Shown piece by piece: positions 1-13,500 of a stretch of 64,000 nt of DNA (positions are counted from its first letter, which is position 1; the number at the start of each line of letters is the position of its first letter). Under the pieces are notes generated by a model. The model saw only the letters and a list, made by a program, of their open reading frames with translations, made no database searches and was not told the origin of the DNA. This DNA is from Botryllus schlosseri (taxonomy: Eukaryota). The stretch spans positions 26,040,001-26,104,000 of the forward strand of contig CM119375.1 in assembly GCA_051294905.1 (NCBI GenBank). Direction: 5' to 3'. Made by a program: the position numbers and the translations under genes.

Positions 1-400
1 ACTGTATCTTCCAAATTTTGTAACTGGTGCTAATGCAGCTATATCAGATCATCCTGATTATTTCCAATACTTCGTCTCCTCAATATTTTCTCTTCAGCAA
101 TGCATAATAGTGTTATGTGTTCATGTCAAATATCTGACTATGCCTAGTTAAAGCTGGTAACTATTGTCATGATGTCTCAGCTTTAATCAAATAATAGCGC
201 TTAGCGCATGCCCAGTCTTTTTCTTCAATCAACCATGTCTAATACCAATTGCCGACAGACCAGCATTCGTCACAAGGAATTCCTCCAGTGTAACACCCAT
301 ACTGTTGTAGTGTTGTAGGCCTTTGAAGCATCAACTATTGACTGCTCTATGCCACTCAGAAATCTTCAAGAATGCCATGTGTCAAAATGGCATATATTTC
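1..400 (-). mobile_element. Decayed LINE reverse-transcriptase fragment
   Basis: Minus-strand motif remnants in correct order: VDASKAYN (312-335), GIRHG (230-246), DDLI (42-53); spacing is shorter than usual. Confidence 0.35.
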
Positions 401-1109
401 TAAAATTGATGAATCTATTATCTATGAAGATTCAGTGATAGCGATGTAGTAACCTTCAAAAGCAATGTGATATTAGTGATTTCGATTTTCCTTCATATTT
501 AAACCAGTTCGGGTGTGTCGAATCAAAGCAAAAAAGTGGACTTGATGACACATAATTTATTTAATACCCAAGGGAATTAGTATAATTGAGACAGAGCACT
601 GTAAGTGTGCTGTGCGTAAATCAAAAAGATTCAAGTCATTAAACAGCAACATCTGTCGGGCTTCTTTTCCGTTTGTTTTTACGGCTGCTGTAATATAAGT
701 TTATTGCATTTTATGATCTCATCCAATGATCTGCCAGGTGGAAATTGCAGCATTGTTGTGTGTCGTCCATGTGTGGAATTCAATCTACTGGCTTTGCGTT
801 ATCAAGGGATGTTATATTGTTATCTTGTGTATGGTCAGAGTAGTAACTAATGATGGTTCAAATATTCCTCCTCTTAAAATGATTGGGTGCATGCAATGTA
901 GTTAAACCGAAGTTTTTGAAATTATTCTTTTGCTCGCAATCACCCCTGAAGAGTGTCAGCTTGACAAGCTTCCGATTTTAACATATTTACGTACGGGTAT
1001 TGAATATATTAATAAAATGTACAGTATATTAAAGTTTTGCTCCACGAAAAGGCGATTCCAATACTTCAATAGAAAATGATTTGATGCTCAACTATGTATT
1101 TGTAAGAAG

Positions 1110-1285
1110 TAGTTTGAAGAGCTTGTTAGAGTTACAGAAACTCCGTATACAATATTGAAATGAACCCGAATATTTTTGGCTGACCTATGTTCATTCTTTT
1201 CATTTCTATGCTAGTTGCTAGCGATTACCACTGACGAATGTCAGCAGATGATATTTGGGTATAGTTCAATATAATTATATTATTT
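1110..1285. repeat. Family A degenerate palindromic copy
   Basis: TATTGAAATGAACCCGAATATTTTTGGCTGAC ... CTAGTTGCTAGCGATTACCACTGACGAATGTCAGC. Confidence 0.65.
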
Positions 1286-1370
1286 GAAAAGTAGCTTACT
1301 TGATTTTCATGTATAATTCCACTTCTTGGCATTATGCAAGTTCTTATTTTCTTGTCATATTTTCGCGCAG

Positions 1371-1592
1371 ACCCAGCTTGTTTCTATCGACGGCCTGTGC
1401 AAAATCATCGACCCGAAGCAACTGACCCCTGACATCAACGGCTCTCTGACGTATATTCACGACGAATGGATAGAACTGCGGTTGTCGTTTGAAGAATTTA
1501 TTTGGGACGCGGTCAACGCTCTGGACAAGCTGTGTGTGATTGACAAAGATCTGAAATCGGACAAGGTTGCCAAGACGCAGGATGAAGCACAG
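1371..1592 (+). CDS. trio: Trio exon 1 in window (end of Sec14/CRAL-TRIO)
   Basis: gcgcag|ACC...CAG|gtgtgg; [19 protein letters not shown]...DEAQ; phase 0-0. Confidence 0.92.
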
Positions 1593-4500
1593 GTGTGGCT
1601 GCACCCTTGCTGTTGTACAGATATGAACGATCATACGATTTTGGGCTTTCTTCCAATTGGATTAAAATCTGAGTAGTTGCGACACAATTTTTTTCACAAT
1701 TAGATTATAAAAATATGGTCTTTCACATCGTTCATGGCTTAAAATAGTATTTACAGTGAACAGCTGGTCTCAGTTGCTCACCGTAAATACTATTTTAAGC
1801 AATCAAAAATTGCAAAAAAAAATCTTTTTATGAGATTTTATGAAGGAATAGATTGCACTTCGAAAATCCAATTTTATATTAACCATACTGCTTCAAAGTA
1901 CATTTTGCAATAATTTTTTTTGTGGAAACGGAACACCACATGGATTTTCAAGTCCGGCCCCCCCCCCCCAATTTTTTTTCATCCGTAACTTATTTTTCAT
2001 TGAGTTTAGAGCAAAAAAGTTGATTTTTTCCTTGGCCCCAAAATTCTGTAACTAGACATTTTAATTGGTTCTCCACCATCAATTTAAGCAAAAAATATCG
2101 ATTTTGAAGATTTTTGCATGCCCCACCACCTAGTGACAAGACAATTTAGAATCGAATTACCTTTTGAACTGTTGGAAATTTTTCAATTTTGTTTTTTGTA
2201 ATCCACTTAAAATTCATAAATGAACAACATTTGTAAATATTGGACAATTCTGACGGCATGCATTACAAATGTCAAAAAATTTGCTAAATTATGATGGAAT
2301 GAGTCTGTATTGACTTGGCATATTTTGTGTAAAATCCGTTAATTGTCATCTTCTTGATCTTATTCAAGCGACTTGGAATCTTCATTTTTATAATCGCCGA
2401 ATTAAATTTGATTTTTGTTCAAACAGTACAAGCGTTACTGTGTTGTACTAATATCCTGATATTCTACCCATGTATTTGTTAATATTCAGGATCTGCAGCA
2501 TTATGCCTATACAAATTTCAACCTTCACATTGGATGCCTTGGTTTATAATTCGCCCTACTGTTGTGTTTATCAATCCAAGCTCTTGTAATTTGATGACAT
2601 TTACAATATGATACTTGTGGCGTTATACAACAGATGACAGATGTCATGAGTTTTTTACCTGTTCAGTTCCAACTATTTGTGGTGCATACAATTGCTATTA
2701 GTGACATACCCTATCAAGTGTTGGAAGGAATGTACCAGTGCCATCTCTTGCAACGGACATCGATATCTTTAGTGTTTGAGTTCTCTGAAACAGGACATTT
2801 GCAGTCTCATTGAAAGCTAGTCAGGCATTGAATTTGGATTATTTTGATTTGTTTGCATCTAATCGAATGGTAGACCATGAAGACAATTCCGCGAACCTGA
2901 CCCGATTGAATCTAGTTGGGAGGTATTGTTGTTCATTAGCCAGAACTGTCTGTTTTTATTTCTAGAATTTTCAGTTAGTTTTACGTTTCTGCTGGTTTTC
3001 AAGTCCGGTTTTCTGAGCTATAAAGGCTTCCTCCGGCAGGCTACTACTTCTGATGAATGCAAATCATGCAGGCACCTGAACCAATGTGATAGGGCAGTAG
3101 GGTAAACACTTGATAACGTCACTTTAAATTACAATTGTGTTTTAGTTGCAATTTCATCATGCAATCAGATCAAGAAGCTGTAATTCTTACCAATCCAATT
3201 ATGAAAATTTTGTTATAAGCATCTTGAGAAACTTTCAATGTTCAAATACCATGCGTAATTTTTTGCAAGATTTCAGTTCATTTGTTCATAATAGCAAGTT
3301 TGCAACAAATGCCTTGGTTTTAAAGTAATCTTGATATATCTGGTTACTGTTCCATGCGAAGGCATTGCAAGCGGTTAAATCCATTTAAACATGGCTTCGA
3401 ATCCATATCCTGAATTCCAAGACTTTGACAGTTTACTGTCAGTTATTGTTTTAGGTGAAGTTGTATTTTATCACAAAGCTTTGATATTATAGGCGATGAT
3501 TGAAGCCCATGTGAAACTGAAGAAAAAACTCATGCATACTCCGATCGAGCAACTGGACACGCAAGGACAGAAACTCCTACGAAAAATCAATGGAAATCAG
3601 GGTGATACCGATAGTGGATTTTCAGGTGATCAGTATTTCCTTTTTATTTCATATGAAAATGAGGGTTGGGCAGCTGGGGCTATGAAGTAGTGTTCTGTGA
3701 AAATACTGAAGTTATATCACTGTTTCATAGCAATTTTGTTTGCATGTTTTCAATGATATGATATATATGATACTACCAAAGTGTTACGAATATGTAATTG
3801 AAATATTGATAACTTTTCGTGGGAAGGGGAATTTAAATTGGTACTTGAAAACATAGACACTACTCAACTCGATTCATCAAAATTCATACTCAATTTGGAT
3901 ACGTGTACTCAAATAATTTGGCCCGGCCATAATAATAACCAAACATCAATTTAATAATACAAAGTGTATGGATATGTAGCCTAAACTGGATTTGATATTA
4001 GACAATTAACTTATATGATGAATTCATAAATCTGCTTTACTTGGGTTGTGCTGTATTGTGAGATATATAATAGGCTACTTATTGCTAAAATTTTGCTAAA
4101 ATTTTCAGAATACATCTTCCAAGTTCAATGTACAAAGTAGCCTACATTTCTTCACATCTCAGAACACACATACGATCCTTTGACCTATTTGAAATGGAAT
4201 CATTTATCCTTCAGCTATCAGTTCTATTGCCAGTATTTTACCAGGTTCATTGAAATGTAAATTTGGCGCCATTGTGTATGTTCCCATCTGTTGTGGTGTT
4301 GATATTAGGATTCATGCTGATAACAATGGAATCATATGGATCATGGAGTGGGCACGAGAGCTCTTATGTAGTTGTACACCATGACCTGTGTGGTGTGAAT
4401 CTCTGATTTTTCACAGATCCTGTATAACATCCCTTCCTTATCAAAGCACTTTACATATTCGGCTGTAGTAGTAGTCTCTGCTCTGCCTGTAACACATAAT

Positions 4501-7500
4501 TGTAGAATCTTCTTTTCCTTGTGATATATATATATATCTTCATTATTGTGGCTTTTATACAAATAATGCCATTTGCTCAACGAAATTTAACTACATGGAT
4601 CTTAAAATTTTGCTGGTCACTAATGATCTTCTGAAGAATGTTTACAAGTCGTATTATATGCCAATTTCACATTCTACATGGCCAACCGACTATTGATGAG
4701 ATTATAATAATATGATTTGTCTAATTCGGTCTCATGTTAGTTAACTTATACACCCTTAGTATTTATACAAGAATAAATTATTGCATCCCAGAACCTTGCT
4801 CCATGCATTCCTTTAAAATAGATTGTTAAAATTTGAGGGGCAAATTCTTAAGTGTCGTATTTGAGTAAGAATCTGGTAATGATAACGATTATGGGAAAGT
4901 CTCTGAACAATTTGTTTTTGTACCAATAGTAACGCCATAAAATAATAGAGTTCCGTCAAACATGGGTTGTCAATAAAACTTATTAATCTCAGTAGATTTA
5001 TATTATTCCGGGCCTAGTAAACATGATAGGCACATCGTGGTAAGGTGAGCCACAATGTTATCAAGAAAGTAAGCCTACTACCACAAATGTGTTTGAGTAT
5101 GTGAAGCTTGCATTTGAAAGAAGTTTTTATTTGCAAGGAATGTAATTGAGATGGAGATTGACTGTGCACTGAGCTAGAATCATTTCAACGAATGTCTGTC
5201 TGTTTGTCTATGTCGATTATCGAGTAGCACTCAACGATGTGGAAAGTTGAAATATGTAGCTTACATTTTATCTAACCACGATAATGAATATAATACCGTT
5301 TCACGTCAATTTGGTATTTTTTTCGACCATAACTCAGTAATTGTGTTTTGAGACAGTTGCTGTTACTTGATCACAACTTCAGAGGTATATATGTCGTTTC
5401 CACTAACGTGAGTAGTTTTCAATTACGTGCTCCATACGCTGCAACACATCCAATCGAGGTTTCAAAACTTCTACAGCGGAAAATTATATCACAACTAAAT
5501 TTCCCGTCGATAAATTAACTCTTAGTGACAAGGATTGTATAATTTCAATACTTGATAAATCATCTCTCACAACTTAACTTGGATCAAAAGAATTAATACT
5601 AGATTCTGATTTAATTACTCAAGTCATTGTGACCAATCATTTTAATTTGTATCCGCATTATTCCAGGGAGTAGCGTCGGTATTACACTCTCTGGAAACGC
5701 GGACTTTCAAAGCGCAACACCACGTATTCACAACCTGATTGACAAGTTGCACAATATGATGCATCATCTACACAACCAGTGGCACACCAGAAAAGTGAGG
5801 CTGGACCAATGCTACCAGCTACGTATCTTTGAGAACGATGCTAACAAGGTATGATCATGCCCGAGGATATGATGTACTTAGAAGGCCTGCATTAGGTCTC
5901 GGCATCAGGAACCATAATATTGACCTGTGACTTTTTGTATGGTTAATCCTTCACAATGTCAATAGTTCAACGAATTTCAGTCTAATTGGTCTACGGCAAT
6001 TTAAAGCTTGCGAGACATGCATTTTTACGTTAGTCTCTTCTCATGAGTGCTTGACTGTGTTGGAATTGTTTGAATATTTATTTTGGTCTCTTGGTTTTTC
6101 AATGAGTGAAATTTGAGTATTGTGTCGTGTATATACTACCTTATTTTGTAAGATGTGGAGCCAGTCTGCACGGACTGTATAGATTCCTATTCTTTTCCAT
6201 ACTTAGCCGAAAGCAACCATTATTATGGCCTCTAATTTCAACTTCAATAACACACTCAACAGCATGAACTTAGCTATGAAGTTCACTGGAGTACAATTAT
6301 TGTCATTGTTACGGTGTGCCGTAAAAGGCATTCCCTGTTCACTGTGCAAAATCAAGGATATATCTTTTATGATTGCTCTTTGCTGTTTTATTACATTCTC
6401 ATCGATCTGATACATGGCTGATACTTAATGAAAGTGTCCGGAAGGTTTGAGTAAAGACACGCTTCTTGGTTTAGGATCGCTGGAAAGATATCCAGCATAA
6501 AACATTTGGATATTGTCCATCTATCATCAGATGTGTATCTTGTGATAGCAGCAAGTTAACTGGTCTTAATGTGTCAGCTATGTGTTTCCAATCTGTTTGT
6601 CTTCCATGAATCACTTCCATTAAGTCATCTCCCCAGGATATCCATGATATAAATAATTGATTATTGTCGCCAATTCTTAATACCGATTTGTCAATAACGT
6701 GACTCATTATCTGTTGGGAGAGGGCAGAAGATATATCTGTCTCTTATAGTCCTTTGAAAGCACAAGTTAAGATTGCAGATTCTACCATCCCTGGTCTTGT
6801 GAATAAGACTTGCTGATTTCAGCGTAGTTTGCAGAAGTTGCTGCTGCAGCAAGCAATATCAATGGCTGCTGCGAGTGTTATCCAAAAATATTCAGGTCTA
6901 TTTCAATATTAATATATTCAATTGTATACCGAAGTTCTGAGCCTCCAAGAATCTCTTCAATGACTTTCGTAAATGTGCTAGCATCCCTGAGAAACATGAG
7001 TTTACATTAAAGAGGTGTGGCGATTGTCACTGTGTGTGTGTATCGTTGTTCATGCAGTGCGGTACTGCGTTTATATTCTTCCGATCACACCGACTCTCTA
7101 AATTATTTAACAGATTCACAGTTGCTTTCAGTTCACACCGGTACCTTACTTTATGCCGTCATTTTCTAGATGTTTGAATGGATCAAATTGAATCGCACGG
7201 CTTTTATCGGCGAGCGCTCCGATATCGGAGCAACTCACAAACAATCTTTGGAATATCAGGAGCAACACCGACAATTTGCAACGAATGCAATGGTGGGTGT
7301 TCTCAGCGGTGGCTGGCTTCCAGCTAGTGACTTCCAGTGTTACTACTCACGGAAGTTGTATATTAGAATATCTAGTGCTACATGCAGAATCAATCAATAT
7401 TTGCAAATGGTATATTGCTATATTGGATAATAGTAAAGTTATAGCGGTGCAAAACTACAACGTCGCAACAAACATTGATTGTGAGCACATATAAAATGAC

Positions 7501-10500
7501 TATCGTTGCAATAAATGCCAGAAATCAACTTCAAAATGTTTGAATATTGATGTCTGTATCATGATATAAGGACAAGTAAACAAATACTCGTGAATGGAGT
7601 ATGACAACCCACAATTGAGGCCAGACTAACATGGACAAATGAAGTTTGAAAATAACTGAAAACGACAACGCACAATTGACGAAATTTCATGCTGGTGACG
7701 TCATATTTTGTGATACGATTGTTGATATACAATGTTCTTTCCAATTCTCTACTAGTTGCTGATGATTACCCCTGACGAGGGCCAGCCGAAAATATTCGGG
7801 TTCATTTCAATATGAATATACTATTCAATTGGACAATTGACCGTATACTTCATTTTTTTATTTTCCCCGTCTTACGATTTTCTCTTGACGTGAAATAAAT
7901 TGGGATATGAAGAAGAATATTGTTTGGTGATGGTAAATGTATAGACTCTTAGAAGCTTAGTACATCTGCGTGTACCAAACACGGTTATTTGTGAAGTACA
8001 TACCACATGCCATGTTGGTTATCTATACCTCTACCACTTACTCCACAACGATTTTCTTTGCTACCTGCCTCTTCGAATTTTCGAGTTCCAAATACATTTA
8101 AGGTGGACCTACTAAATTGAGAGATCAAAATTCAAAATTGAGGATGAAATTGATTGAGCTGAAAACCAAAATCAATTACGAAATTGTTGAAATTTTGAAT
8201 GTTAAAGAGTGAGTGCTGTACTGGTATGTGCTATTTCACAGAAGAATGAGTGGAAGGGGTGCAAGAATGTAGAAGTAGCAGGAATTAGGCTTTCAGAAGT
8301 ACAGAACTTCAATTTAAATTTTAAATTCTATTTACTGACGTTTGTTCTTGACGAGAGTCAGTCGAAAAGCTTCTAGTGGAATAGTTTTCGCAATATGAAT
8401 ATTTTGTTTGATGCAAAAAGCAGGAACAGGTCTACTTTTCCTTCTAGCCGCGTCTGCTTGAGATATCCTTCGTCTCATTTCATACGTTTGGAGTTTAATC
8501 CCGTAAAACCCTTCTTCACTTGTAGAGCGTGTATGTCAACGTTCACCGGGTGATGTCCGTCGCCAACAGACTTTTGGAAACGAGCCACTACGCCTCGGAT
8601 GACATTCGGAAAATTTCCTCCAACTTAGATCGGGAATGGAAGATTTTTGCGGCAGCCTTGGACGAAAAAAGGTGGGATTGCTGTTTAAGTAGAGACTGAC
8701 TGCCGACTGGTATTGGATTTTGGAGCTGATTCCATGAAACCGATAGCTTGCTCCTTCACCGATAAACAATGTTCCGTCTAAGCTGCGCGCACTGCTGACA
8801 GAGTCGCCCGCGCAGTTACACGCTGTTGTCCATGTCCAAGGGACCGTGCAGTGAGTTGGTGAATGCGCGCAGACTCGTGAAAAATTAGAGGGAAATTTGA
8901 TGATAACCCCCATATTTTAGCCGATATTCAAAAGATATGGCATCTAGATTGTATGGCACATTTCCAAAACTTCATAGCAGTTATTGTAACATCTCTAGTC
9001 ATTGCTATGCTCGGAAATGAAATAAACTGGAAAGGATGCATCTGGACACGTGTAGGCCATAAGACCGTGGTTTTCAACCTTTTTGTCTTCGCGGACCCCT
9101 TTTAGCCGTCCGGGACCCCCGCGGACCCCCTTGAGTTTTCGTTCAAATTTAATATCGTGCAACCGTGATATGACTTGTGCAAAATTTAACTGTAGGATAG
9201 TGATAAACAACAACAAATTGACTTATCTTATCAATAATATCATACATGATGTAGCTATGGCATCGATTTTTATTATTTCAAAGCGAATTTTGATATGAAC
9301 GAGTGCTGAAAATCCATTTCCACGAAGATAGGTAGTGGCGAATGTAATAGTTACTCGTAACGCTTCCGAAGACACCTCAATAACAGATTTTTTATTGAAC
9401 ATACAGCCTGGCCATTATTATCTAGAAGACATCTTGAAGTTATTCTTGAATAGTGGTGATGTATATTACAGGCGCAAATGGATCAAAAATTTCCTTTTCT
9501 AGCGACTGCTTACTAATTTGCTGAGACTGACAACTTGTAAACATTTCGCATTACTACTCTAACTTTTTATCTGTTCATAAACCCCAACAAAACATTTTCA
9601 AATAGCAATATATGTTCGTATCGTTGGGCTGCTGTCAATTTATCAATTAAAATGGGTTTGCCCAGTAGGATTGCATTTCCGACGGCCATTTTTGTAATGT
9701 GAGTCGTGAAGTTTTACCAGTTACGAAGGGAATCTGTCTCGTGATTTACCTAATTGACAAAAAGTACAAATCAGGCTATCAATCATTTTGCAAATTTAGA
9801 GGCCCCCCGGTGGAGAACCACTGCCATAAGAAATAGATCAGTATTCCTATTTTTGCTTTTTTTCTGTTGTACATTGGAATCAATTTGTATTTGTTGTATC
9901 ATTCAGCCATTTACTGGTGCTTGCCGTGAAGTTTCATCAAAGAGTGGAGCAGTTCATCAACCACGCCATGCGTTGGATAGAGGAATGCAGAGTGTCTGGG
10001 ACCACTTCCTCGGGCACTGCTGTTTCGTACACGGTGCCAAACGATATCATGATGCTGGAAGAGCAATTGCAAAAGCATCATCTGCTGTTAGAAACCTTCA
10101 CGGCCGAACATAGCGAGGTGGGTTCGAAGCCCCTGTGATGTGATACTCTTCATGGGTAACTAGTAGAGAATTAAAAATAACATTGTATATCAACAGCCTC
10201 GAGTGATTTGGGCGAACAGACAGTTCGATGTACCATTTTTATCTTATATTGTTTTTGAAGAGGGGTGCCTTTATTTTGTGCTAGGAAACTTATGAAAATT
10301 ATGGAAACTTATGAAACTTATGAAACTTATGAAAACTTATGAAAACTTATGAAACTTATGAAACTTATGAAACTTATGAAACTTATGAAACTTATGAAAA
10401 CTTATGAAACTTATGAAACTTATGAAAACTTATGAAAACTTATGAAACTTATGAAAACTTATGAAAACTTATGAAACTTATGAAACTTATGAAAACTTAT

Positions 10501-13500
10501 GAAACTTATAGAAACTTATGAATCTTAAGGGAAATTATGAAACTTATAAAACATGAGGTAAATTAATTCAGATTCGAAGTTTATTGCGAGACCATTGCCT
10601 CGGTATTCGATACCAAATAGGGATTTTTAAATCATGATTGCAATAATGGCAATCAAGATTTACATAGGCCAGTGGTTGCCAAAATCTTCAACCTCGCGGC
10701 ACCCTCTGTAAATGGAAAATAGTCAGCGGCACCCTAGCATTATCGACCTTTTTTGGCTAGCAGCACACTGTAAACTACCGGAAGATTTGACAGCACCGAT
10801 GTTCGATAGACACACGGAGGTGATCTCTGACGAAGCTATTTTACCTATTCGGTGACCGCGAGTAGGCTTTGCCTTCTTGTAATATACTTGAAACCATGTG
10901 GTAACTAAGTGCCAGCACGCCTAATAAGAGAATGCTGGGGACTGTTCTGATTGCAATATGAATTTATAAACTTGAACATCGACGACGCTTCATTTCTTGG
11001 TGGTAATTAGGAAGGCAATGAGGTTTTGAAAATCGAATTGTCTCACAGGCGCCAGTATGTCTGCGATCAATCCAGGGATATCTAAACACCTGGATCAATC
11101 AACGCATCGTACAAAACTGGATTACCCCTTCTCGGTACGCGATACGTCTGGTTGGTAAACCGAGTTCGCGTGGATATTGGTTGTCGGCATGACAGAAATA
11201 ATATTTTCACAAATAAACTTCACATCGAGACCGACGGATTATAATTTAGATCAGTGGTTTCCAAACTTTTTCAGTGTCAGGGCCAAATTTAGAATTGCAG
11301 AGCACGGTCGGGGCCGCACGAATACCAGGGCAATTAAACGGACCCAGAATGTCATCAAAATATGATGATTGGTCGATGTGCGGTGATTCTATGTACAATT
11401 CTACATATAATTTTTAAAATCATAATCATTGGGAACGATAAGTAACAACATATTCATACGTCACATATGAGTGTATCACGACTAGGGGTGGGCAAAATCG
11501 AGCATCTGAGTGATTCGATTCTGAATCACGTAAAATGTTTCGAGTCGAGTCGAGTATTCGAGTATCACTCATTATGACGTCATAACAAAATGTAGTATGT
11601 CAAAGATCAAATAAGTACCCTTTATACCACCACAAAGAATATATAATGCCTGTTATCCATCTCATTAAAGATAGTTTGGTATTTTTTCGACCATACGGGT
11701 TAATTGCACTTTGTGACAATGTTGTGGAATGATCATAACTTCGTAAATGTGTTATTTTCAGTAACGTTCGTATAGCTTTGTACTGTCTGGGATGCTGCGA
11801 TACGGCCATTCAGGGTTTCAAAGCTTCCACAGGCGAAAATGGTATCGAAACTATAATTGTCATTGACAAATTAACTTGCAGTGGCGAGGAGTGTATAATT
11901 TTAGTACTCGAAAAAATCGACTTCTACTACTCGACTCGAATCATTGAAATTATTACTCGATTCGGAATCGAGTACTCGAATCATTATTCCCAGCCCTAAT
12001 CACGACTTCGCGAGTATCTCCAATAATATCGCGAACCGAAAAGGTTGTCTTAAAGCATAGTTTAAGTTTATCTAAATACTTGAGTGGCATTGACGTCGAC
12101 TATTATTTCCAAAGATACCAATTCAGCGTCAATCAGCAAACGCGACTGTGTCGCAATCTTCATATGCTAAATTGCTAACGCGTGACCCAATTTGATTGTC
12201 GCGCGGGGAACGTTCAAGATTGCGCAATGTGCACAATATCTCAGATGCGTTGGTAGACGTCTCATTGTTTTGATGTACTGTTCTTCACAACAGATTAAAT
12301 AAAAATGCTAACTCTCCGGACGAAGCTTTAATTCTTCCACAATTACGAACAATGTTTATGTAAATTGCATCGTTAATTTAGGAGAATACCAGATAGCCTG
12401 ATTCCAACATAATTGTCTACTTAGAGCGAAATGCTGGTAATCTCTAATTTATTTCTGATATTTTTCAATGCATTACAATTTTGAATCTAATCTACTCTGG
12501 TTTTCCGGAAAATAGTACTGAACTGTATAGTCCGGAACGAACCGAGGTTGTTGTACAGACATTTGCCATTCTCGTGCTTATAACAAAGAGCTCTGACTTA
12601 ATTGTTATGAACTGAATTTATCTCAATTTCCACAACTGGTCGTGAAAATTATCCGAGTTATCCAACTTCACACTGACAACGCCCACGGTTTTCACTTGGC
12701 ATTCGAAATAAATTCAAGCAAAGTAAAGGTGAATGAGTCCAGTATAATTCGCGGTAATAAATTTTTTCTTTCCAGTCAGGTTTATAATATAGGATGAAGC
12801 GGGTGCGGACGGTTTCAACTAAAATTGATTGATTTTTTGGCTTGTATTCATTATATCATTGCGATTGTTGCTTTACAATGTTTTTTATTTTTAATTCTCT
12901 ACTAGGTACTGACGATTACCCCTGACGTGTTTCAGCCGAAAATAATCGGGTTCATTTCAATAGGAAGATATTCTTAAATTGTATATTGAACGGCTCTTCA
13001 TCCAAGAGCTCTTTATCTTCATAAGTTTCCATAAGTTTCATAAGTTTTCATAAGTCTCATAATTTTCCATAAGTCTCATAAGTTTTCATAAGTTTTCATA
13101 AGTTTCATAAGTTTTCATAAGTTTCATAAGTTTCATAAGTTTTTATAAGTTTCATAAGTTTCCATAAGTTTCATAAGTTTTCATAAGTCTCATAATTTTC
13201 CATAAGTCTCATAAGTTTTCATAAGTTTTCATAAGTTTCATAAGTTTTCATAAGTTTTCATAAGTTTCATAAGTTTCATAAGTTTTCATAAGTTTCATAA
13301 GTTTTCATAAGTTTTCATAAGTTTCATAAGTTTCATAAGTTTTCATAAGTCTCATAAGTTTCCATAAGTCTCATAAGTTTTCATAAGTTTCATAAGTTTT
13401 CATAAGTTTTCATAAGTTTCATAAGTTTCCATAATTTTCATAAGTTTCCTAGCACAAAATAAAGGCACCCTTGAAGAGTACCTGAGTAATTCGATTCTTA

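Larger units (their letters stand above)
10263..13470. mobile_element. Foldback-type non-autonomous composite DNA transposon with minisatellite-built TIRs
   Basis: Terminal GGGTGCCTTTATTTTGTGCTAG at 10263 and its exact reverse complement ending 13470, each followed inward by GAAA(A)CTTAT arrays; 8-bp TSD TTGAAGAG at 10255-10262 and 13471-13478. Confidence 0.9.

Noticed and set aside
4341-4580. Zinc-knuckle of a non-LTR element ([10 protein letters not shown])
   Set aside because: Too short and degenerate to support without an HMM search.
10118-10140. tRNA T-loop-like GGTTCGAAGCCC
   Set aside because: Overlaps the exon 6 donor; no acceptor stem, D arm or anticodon arm.
10285-13448. CRISPR array or (MKL)n coding repeat
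   Set aside because: Units are contiguous with no unique spacers, there are no cas genes, the context is eukaryotic, and 10-nt units break any reading frame.
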